NCBI GenBank assembly: GCA_039096225.1 | Contig: JBBPEB010000033.1 | Coordinates: 620,001 to 684,000, forward strand | Source of the DNA: Blastocystis sp. Blastoise | Lineage: Eukaryota; Protista; Bigyra: Opalinata | Direction: 5' to 3' | Length of the DNA stretch: 64,000 nt | In this document: piece by piece, positions 52,466-64,000 of the stretch | Position numbering within the stretch: the first letter of the stretch is position 1 | How the letters are laid out: every line of letters begins with the position of its first letter | Notes under the pieces: generated by a model | The model's database searches: none | Told to the model about the DNA's origin: nothing | What the model saw: the letters and a program-made list of their open reading frames with translations, nothing else | Made by a program: the position numbers and the translations under genes

Positions 52466-53561
52466 TTATGCAGAATTGATAAAAGAAACATATATATATA
52501 CCAGTTTGAGTTGACTTAACCTCTTGAATTCCCGCGGAAATGACATCCAAAAGAGTAAACATAGGAGCAGGAAAGGAAGTTATATATATATATGTATCAA
52601 CTGATTTCTCTAACCAAAGAGTAAGAAGAGAAGATATATGAACTTGCATAAATAAAGGTGCTTTCTCATTGGATAATACGTTAAAAAACATGTGAATAAG
52701 GGGAATACTTTCGTATTTTTCAACGCATATAACGTCAAGCAACGGCTGTTGAAGAGATTTGCTATTCTCACGATAAGTTAATATATTTTCATAAATAGTA
52801 TAAAGAAATGAAAATTCTTTATTATATAAATCTGAATTTATTTGTGAGTCATTTTCAGCAACAATTTCTTCAGGATGAAGAAGCATATATATACAATTGC
52901 AGAATGTATATATAATTAAAGAAAGTGTAGAGTATATAGTCTCAATATAAATATAAATATAAATATAAATATAAATATAAATATAAATATAAATATAAAT
53001 ATAAATATAAATATAAATATAAATATAAATATAAATATAAATATAATCTAAAAAAAAAAGAATATATATATTATATACATAATACATATTATCAATATAT
53101 ATATAAAGGATACAGTGAGTATATACATACCTGGTGTATTAGTATCTCTAGAGACCATTTGACGAAGGAAGCATGAAGAAAGCGCGGGAAGAATTGAAGA
53201 AAGGAGGGAAATATAAGGAGAATCTGAAGGAGTTAATTTATTTAAATAGAGTTGTAACAAATAAACAACAATGTTTGTGTTCTTTCCGTTCATATCTAAG
53301 GAAACATTATTAAACATAGACGCACATCCCTCTGTTGTTTCCGTTAACAAAACCCCCAAGATATGAATGCAACGGAGAACAATATCATCTTGAATATCGG
53401 AACGCAAATGGAAACAAATTGTACAGAGATTCTCTAATAATAATGGAGTCTATATATAATATATTAATAATAATAATAATAATATATGTGAATGTATAGG
53501 AATAGAGGGGTATATTTAAGAGGATCAGGTAGACATAAATATGCATACATTCTATATATAC

Positions 53562-53649
<88 letters not shown>

Positions 53650-55237
53650 TATACTTGGACAAGTGAAATTTTTGTTTCCTTAATATTCTTTTGGCGGGCA
53701 CTTTCTAGAACACTATCCTCATTCGCGGGACGACCAATTTGAAGAAGGTTTTCAAAGATCTATAAACAAATATATATATATTATTTACTTAGAAAAATAG
53801 AAGAATAAAAATATTAAAAATAAAAATAAAAAAATAAATAAGAATAAGAATAAAAATATATACTTCAACAACACCATCAAATACTTCGTCTTTAAATGTA
53901 TTATCACTGGACAGAAAGAAAGGGAGAATCTTCATCATAGATGCTATATAATATATATAGATAATATATATATATTTAATGAGAAATAATACAAGAAAGA
54001 AAGATAGCAATATTTGATAAACATAAAAGAATATATATATATATATATATACACCCTAAAAATAGTTTTCGAATTCCATCATCTTCTTTAATCATATTAT
54101 TCACGATTAAAAAGCATATATCAACAACATCATCCTGGTCTATACGTTCGTTCATAAGGTCATAGAGGATCTCAAATAAATCCTATATATATATATATAT
54201 ACTTAATATAATATTGATTAATATAATAAATATAATATAATAAATATAATACTAAATTTAATAAAATAATAAACATAATAATAATCATGATAATCAATAT
54301 AATCTAATAATAATCATGATAATTAATATAATCTAATAATAAATATAATAATATACTTGAAAAGCAAATTGTTTTTGAATTTGTTTATTTACTAAGGATA
54401 TATCTTTGATAATAGTAAGAGAAGCCATGCATATTTCTTCATTAGGATCTGAAAGTGTGGTTAATAACGATTGAACACCATCCTGTGAACTTAATAATCC
54501 ATTCTCAAATACATCCTATATATAGAAGATAATATTGAATATAATAATAATAACATAATAATAACATAATAATAACATAATAATGACATAATAAACATAA
54601 TAATAACATAATAATAAACATAATAATAAACATAATAATTTAATAAATAAAATAATAAATAAAAATAAATGAACATACTTGATCTACAGAAACAAAAAAT
54701 TGTAATAAATTTAATATTGTTTTTCGAATAGCAAAAGAACCATTAACTGCAAATACTAATAATAATTCGAGGTGAGTTCCATTCTATAATAAGAAAAATA
54801 TATATATATATAATATAAATGATAATAGAAAAAGCATAAAAAATGAAATACTTCACATATTTGTCCAATTGTACGAATTACAATACGATTAATATCATCT
54901 CCATTTTTATCAGGAACTTCAGCGAGATACACAATTGTGTCAATAATACTTTTTGTTATCTCTTCACCTTGATCTTGAAGTCTACCTAAGATATCTAATA
55001 ATCCAGGCATGCACTTTTCAGAAACTAATTGAGGATTCTGTTTTGCACATTCCTATTTATATAGACAATTTAGCTGCAAGTATTGGATATATAAATGAAA
55101 TATACATATATTTTTAATGCTGATGTTTCTAGTTGATCTAAACTATCGCTTTCTTCTAATTGTTCATAGTGAAATTCAACGATCTTATCTTGAGATTTCG
55201 TGTCATTACCACTATTCCAAAAAAATAATCCTTGCAT
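50042..55237 (-). CDS. USO1: General vesicular transport factor p115/Uso1-like (armadillo head + long coiled coil)
   Basis: DGVQSLLTTLSDPNEEI...NKQIQKQFAFQDLFEILYDLM...VVDICFLIVNNMIK resembles the p115 head; C-terminal coiled coil of about 450 aa. About 14 exons. Confidence 0.72.
52944..53046 (-). repeat. (TATATT)n hexanucleotide run, about 17 copies, at a 3' splice junction
   Basis: Visible as (AATATA)n on the + strand. Confidence 0.9.
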
Positions 55238-56264
55238 TGTGTTCAGAACTATAGAATAAGTACAGAAAACAGTAGGCTAAGAGTATAAATATGGTTTTAA
55301 AAATAGTAATTAGTTATAGAGAAGGTATGTTGGAATATATACTACTTTATTGATAATTATTTAAAAAACCGTTTTACAGAACGAGAAGAACAAATTACTG
55401 CGGATTTTTTGCTAAGTTCCTCGAATACATTTATTTCTTCTGTTTTCTTTTCTTTACTATTTATTTAAATTGTTTTCATCATATAAAACATTATTTAATT
55501 ATTATAAATACTTTGTAGATAATGATCCTTTAAAAAATTTGTTCAGAATAACTGTTTTTTTTTTCAGAATTGTGCATTATTAATCTTGAATTGGGTAATC
55601 TTTATTGAACAATGAACTAGGAAACTAGTGGTGATGAAAAATGATTCGTAATCAAGCAGAAATAATTGATTGAGTGTACATTATAATTGGGTTTAGTAAT
55701 TATTCTAAGTATACAATGAAAGTAATGGATATACTTTAGTGTATAACATGTTTATAGCTTAAATCGAAATGCTCTTAATCTTCAGTATGATCAATTAATC
55801 GTCTGTTAAGAAATAAAAAGTAATCTTCAATAAAAATTCATTGTTTATCTTATGTACACAAGATATGAATTCTTGAATGTTGGAGAAAACAATAAAATAG
55901 TTGTTTAAATAGAAAAACTAATGATAAAAATGACTACATGATCATAATATTATAATATATAAAAAAAGAAAAAAAAAGAAAAAGGATAATCTAAATACTG
56001 ACAGAAGATGAAAGAATGAACCTATTTATGAAAAATCAGTGATATTATCAATGAAGAAAGCAAGAAAATACAAAAAAAAAGTATTTACAAGAATATAATA
56101 AATAGAAAATATAGAGAAATAAATAAAACTAATGAATATATATAAATAAAAAAGAAACTTGAATGAGAACTATAGCAAATATAATATTATTTTATAAACT
56201 TAATTCTCTATATATTAATAATATATTAATAATATATATATGTATATTTATAGATATACTATGA

Positions 56265-57041
56265 TTAAGCAGTTGTATTTAATGCAAAAACTTCAATTTC
56301 ATCAATATGAAAAAGATTACATAAATTCGCTTTATTCGTATTTGTAAATAATGATTTATATTTACCAGTTGTATCTTCATAAGCATTATATTGCGTGCAT
56401 CCAAAATTAACATATCCATTTGGTTTTTCTTCATTATTATCATTTGTATCTATACCTAAATGTGCAAAATCACCAAAATGAGGTCCAAAATTCTTATTAC
56501 ACCATATAGCATAATTAGGATTTTTAACAGGAAATGAAGTAGGTGGAATATTAAATGGATTCTTTATAGTATATAAGAATGCATGAGAATCAGTTACAAG
56601 GGTATCCTCTATATATATATATAGTATAATAATAATAATAATAATAATAGGTATTATATACATTCTTCATTAAATAATAGAAATAGAAAAAAAATGTTAA
56701 TATGTGAAAAATGTATTTTACTCTTATAAATAAAAGAAAAATAAAATATACTAGATATTAAATAAAAAATAGTAAGAATAATCAAATTAAAAGAATAATA
56801 TAAATAATAAATACCAGAAACCCAGTTAGCGCTTGTATATCCTCCAAATATATTTTCATCATTATTATCCTTATTTCGAATAATAGTAACAGTAGGTCCT
56901 TTCTTATCACAATGATTATGAAAGGATTCAGCAGAATATCCATCTCGACTTCCTCTATATATAATATATAATAATAAGTATAATAATAATAAAATTATAA
57001 AAAATAATAAAAAAAAAATATATATATATATAATAAATAAA

Positions 57042-57072
<31 letters not shown>

Positions 57073-58592
57073 TAATAAATAAAATAATAAAAAAAAAATA
57101 TATATATATATATAATAAATAAAAAAATAAAAAATAGCATTTCAACTTCATAACATGATAATAAGACTAATTATATTACTCTATACTACATATATACTGA
57201 TAAATAAGTGTCCAATAACTAGTATTTCCTAACCATTGTAATAAAGGACGACTATAAATATCTATAAGGATCTTTGAATCTTTAAAATGATTGGTCGTTA
57301 ATTGTACATAAGGATCAGTAATAGAACTCGGAAGAATAATCTTAGCCATTTCGAATTCTTTTAGAATAGAATAATAATAAATGGAATCGGATTCACTTAA
57401 TGAAAATGTACCTTCTGTTATATATTCATAAATATAATTAAAATAATGAAAATCAATATTAAATAAAATAAGATTATTCTCATCAACAGTAATTTCTTCT
57501 TCTTTTTTCTTCTCTTGAAATATACTATTGTTTATATGATGTATTTCAAATGTATCTCTATTAATATCATATTGTTTATTATCTATATATATATGCATAA
57601 TAGGTTCAGTCCATTTTCCTAATTTTGGACGTTCTCTTATAAATTGACTCATAGATACAGGTAGAGGTAAATTATAATAAATAAATTCATAATATATATT
57701 ATAGATGACATCTTCATCTAAATCATCAATATTAATATTATCAGATTCTAAATATGTATATATAATATCAAAATAAGTAGCAGGATGTGAAATAAGTATA
57801 GAATTCGAATTTGAAGTAGAATTTGATTCTTCAGAAGCTTTTTTAGTTAATAAACAATTAGGATATTTTGATAATAAATTTATAGAAATAGATTTTTGAA
57901 TATTATCTTCAAAAATAAATAAGAATTCTGGACATACACCAAAAGGAGTAGATAATACAGGTATTCCAGATAGACGACTTCCTGGACGTGAATAGCGGGC
58001 ATTTTGATTTATAGATGGTGTTAACAAAGAATTATAAGAGAGACCAGAAGATAATTGTGGCATTCCATAAGTTGTGTTGACTTGTGAAATATTTAGAGGA
58101 GAATTATATTGCATAGATGGGATCGTAGAACAAACTTGAGGAGTGACATTAGACATTATTGGATTATTAAGAGAATTTAAGTTTAATTCGACAGAGTTGT
58201 CTTTTATTTTCATTTGAAGAGTTGCCATTGAATCTGTAAACTCTTTCTGGATAAATTGAAGGTTTTGGAAAGTATTCATCATAGTCATTTGAAAACTAAG
58301 GTTAATAGTTTGTAATTGTTCATAATATTTATTAAATATTTGATTAGCATATCCTTGGATTTCCTCAACATTCAACAAAGATTTATCTTCTTCTTTGAAC
58401 ACAACTTTAGGTATTGAAGGCTGTTCTTTAATTGTTTCATGTTTTATTTCTTCATCAGCTGGTTGCTGAGAGACACTAGAATTTGAATCCTGAGTATTCA
58501 TTGTAGTTTCACCAGTATTACCTAAAACTTTAGCGAATAAAAGTCTATCAAATCATACTTAATATTTCAGTCTGTTGTTCAGATGCGTCCAT
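56265..58592 (-). CDS. BTB-like + TLDc domain protein (paralogue C)
   Basis: First exon MDASEQQTEIL; LLSKYPNCLL...FDIIYTYL (BTB/T1-like); WTLIYQGSRDGYSAESFHNHCDKKGPT...GPHFG...FHIDEIEVF. Confidence 0.85.
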
Positions 58593-59331
58593 AACAGTTT
58601 ATATTGCTTTTAATTATATTGTTCAATCTAGATAATTCAGAAATACACAAAAAACTGTCAGAAAACCTTTTCTTTGTTGAAAATACTAATTTTTAAAAAA
58701 TAATCGGATTTTTTCATGATTATTCTGTGATAAATAAGGTAAAATAAAAATTTGAAATATTTTTTTTATTTTTGTGTTTTCCTTTTTGTTTAAATCTAGA
58801 TTACTGTAATATATATTTATTATACATAAAATGACTGTGGGAATACTATGAACTATTTATTTTTTTTAAATTTTGAATTGTTCTGTAATCTGGACATACG
58901 AAAAATAAGTGTTTTTATTATGAATAGTAAGCTTAGAATAATCATGGTACTTATAAAGATGATAGTGAATAACTATAATATAGATAAATGAAACCAAATT
59001 ATTTCTATGCGATATGGAATATGTAAGTAACACATATAAAAATCAATAAAATACTCTTTAAAATGCAAAGTAAATATTTGATGATTATATAAAAATAGGA
59101 TTTGCTATTAATAATCTTAAGGTGTTATTTAGAACGAGAATTATAATAAATATTAATTCTAATTCATTTCAATTTGAGTAAATCATAATAATAGACAGAG
59201 AATATAAAGGAATGAGTAAGAAAAGGAAGTAATAAACAAAAGAAATAATATTCAAGGGAAAAAAAAGAGAAAAGAAGAAAAAGGTCATTTTTTCTAAATC
59301 AATTATTTTTCATTACATCAAAGTAAACATC

Positions 59332-62029
<2,698 letters not shown>

Positions 62030-63725
62030 ACACTATATTTTTCTATATATTAATGCTTTTGATATTTATTTTTTTCAAAAATAATACTATATACCAAATC
62101 AATTACACTCTTTATATGTATCTATTTTGATTATTTATCTCTTTTATTTCTCATTTCGTCTCTTTTTTGAAAAATTAAAGAATTTAAAAAATATGTATTT
62201 ATTTATTACTTCTGGGATTTATTTGAATATTTTATGTGTTTTGTATAAATCACTTCATATAATTAGTGACTCTTTTTTGTATAACAAGTATTATTAATTT
62301 AAAGGATTCATGTTTATTTGTAAAACCATTATTAAACAATTAATCAAATATCATAGTTATTTTATAGTGGTTCTAGTTTACTCATTTACATTCTTCAAAT
62401 TATATAGAATAAAAATTGATTTCATAAATTGAAATCTCAATATATCTGAGCTAGAATCAATCAACACTTTCATATTTTCTACCAATTGTCATGATTGTGC
62501 ATAAATATTTTCATTTTATTATTTTTTTTGCTTAGCTCATAATAGCAACAACGGCAAACTATTTAATAATTTAATATAATCCATTTTACAAAAAAGTGAG
62601 TGACTTCAGATTCACTTTCGAATACAGAAAGCCTATCAATAAAATTTATAAAATATAGGTTACTTTATAAATAATGAAAAGTATGAATAGTTGTTAAACA
62701 TCAAGTAATCCAACATTAATTCTAACAAACAAGAAAAGAAGCCTGTTTTTAGGGTAGAGGCGATCATTCCAGTGTCAACCAGAAAAGATTCCTATTTTTA
62801 AAAGTAAAGTCCATTCATTTTTGTTGACATCTGTATATCAAACATTAGGGCCCCTTAAAAAAGATTTATCATTCGTTTTTTTATTGACAGATGGGGGAAA
62901 CAATCGAGAAACAACAGATACAATTGAAAACCATGATTATTTCCGGATATCATTATAAAACCATTAAAAAAGGCTCTTTTAGCAGACTTTGTCCTTTCTA
63001 TAGGGTTGTAGACACAAAATATAAACCATAAAATTTAAATCTAATATATATATTCTGTTTTTTTTTATTCTATTGACTGCTGTAGTTATATAAACTTTAT
63101 AAGATTCTTGTTACATAATACTTGACAAATCTGTTTTTAACATGAAATATATTTACACAAAAAACTGTATTTTGAATAAATAGTTCATTCAATAAAAAAG
63201 TTGTGTGTATCTCATATTTCAATAACCATGTAGTACTGAGATAATAGTCGTTAATATGTTTTTTTAAATAATCGTCCACCGTTTCAGCAGAAAAGATTTT
63301 TTAAATGTCAACTTCCATGAGAATAACTTAAATTGCTGCAGATATAAAAGAATAACCGAAAACATTCGCTAAAAATGGGCCGATTCAGATTCCTTACATG
63401 TCCCTATTATTTAAATACAATATATATATCCTAATGTTAAGCAAAACACGAAGAAGCCAATAGTTTTTGATCTGGAACATTCTACACAAATACCTTACTC
63501 CGCTATTCTTCGAGAAAAAGCGGTATTTAGGCATAAAAAATGGATCTTAATGAAAGGTTGATAGAAGTTAAAGTGTTTAACTTATCATGTGATTCATCTG
63601 ACCTTTTTTATAAACCAATGAAAAATGGTTGAAAGACAAGATATTCTGACTTGCTCTTCATATTTCTTCTAGAGATATCTTTTAGAAAGAATTCATTTTT
63701 ATTTTATTTTTATAGATAATAGACG

Positions 63726-64000
63726 ATGAAATCATTCATTGTTTGCTTATTTATTGCTTTGGGTATTTAATTATAGTTATGTATTATAAGTATATACTAA
63801 TCATTTTTTATATAGCTGTTGCCCAAACATGTACATCTCCCAAGATGACCGTAAACCTTAGAAGAACTTACAAGGGTTCTGCTACTCAAGAAGGTATTCA
63901 AATCTGGCAAGGTAATTACCAAACTGGTACTTTAATTGGTGAATGGGATGGTAATGGAAAGGATAATACTATTCAAACTTATTCTCTTTGCTTATCTTCT
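63726..64000 (+). CDS. Secreted/surface protein, 5' part only
   Basis: Signal peptide MKSFIVCLFIAL|AVAQ across a GT-AG intron, then an open frame TCTSPKMTVNLRRTYKGSATQEGIQIWQG...TYSLCLSS to the window end. Confidence 0.75.

Noticed and set aside
56655-56675. Possible 9-nt microexon in a TLDc paralogue C intron
   Set aside because: No AG acceptor, and inclusion would create a TAG stop.
63097-63279. ORF MDDYLKKH... as a real gene or transposase
   Set aside because: Non-ATG start, short, no recognisable motif and no splice-supported extension.

Overview
Very AT-rich, intron-dense eukaryotic nuclear DNA. Introns mostly start GTAT and end TATAG and are often filled with (TA)n/(TAA)n microsatellites. 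Gene content (expanded BTB-like/TLDc family, bacterial-type fucose genes, mitochondrion-targeted RCC1 protein, TGTTTGTT 3' motif) suggests a Blastocystis-like stramenopile gut protist; this is inference. Manual splicing gives about 21 protein-coding genes; most short ORFs in the supplied track are microsatellite artefacts. Main points: (1) two U12-type minor-spliceosome introns, one AT-AC and one apparently AT-AT, plus several other junctions with non-canonical or ambiguous termini; (2) an SNX13/14-like sorting nexin with a PXA-SH2-RUN-PX-Nexin_C architecture; (3) an adjacent, co-oriented bacterial-type L-fuconolactonase-like amidohydrolase and intronless FucP-like MFS permease; (4) a 132-bp near-identical exon/intron patch shared by divergent TLDc paralogues, suggesting mosaic gene conversion; (5) a protein of five repeats of an unrecognised ~90-aa domain with recurring intron positions; (6) a CCCH zinc finger fused to a FAM192A/Fyv6-like domain. 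All domain calls are by-eye motif recognition; no searches were run.
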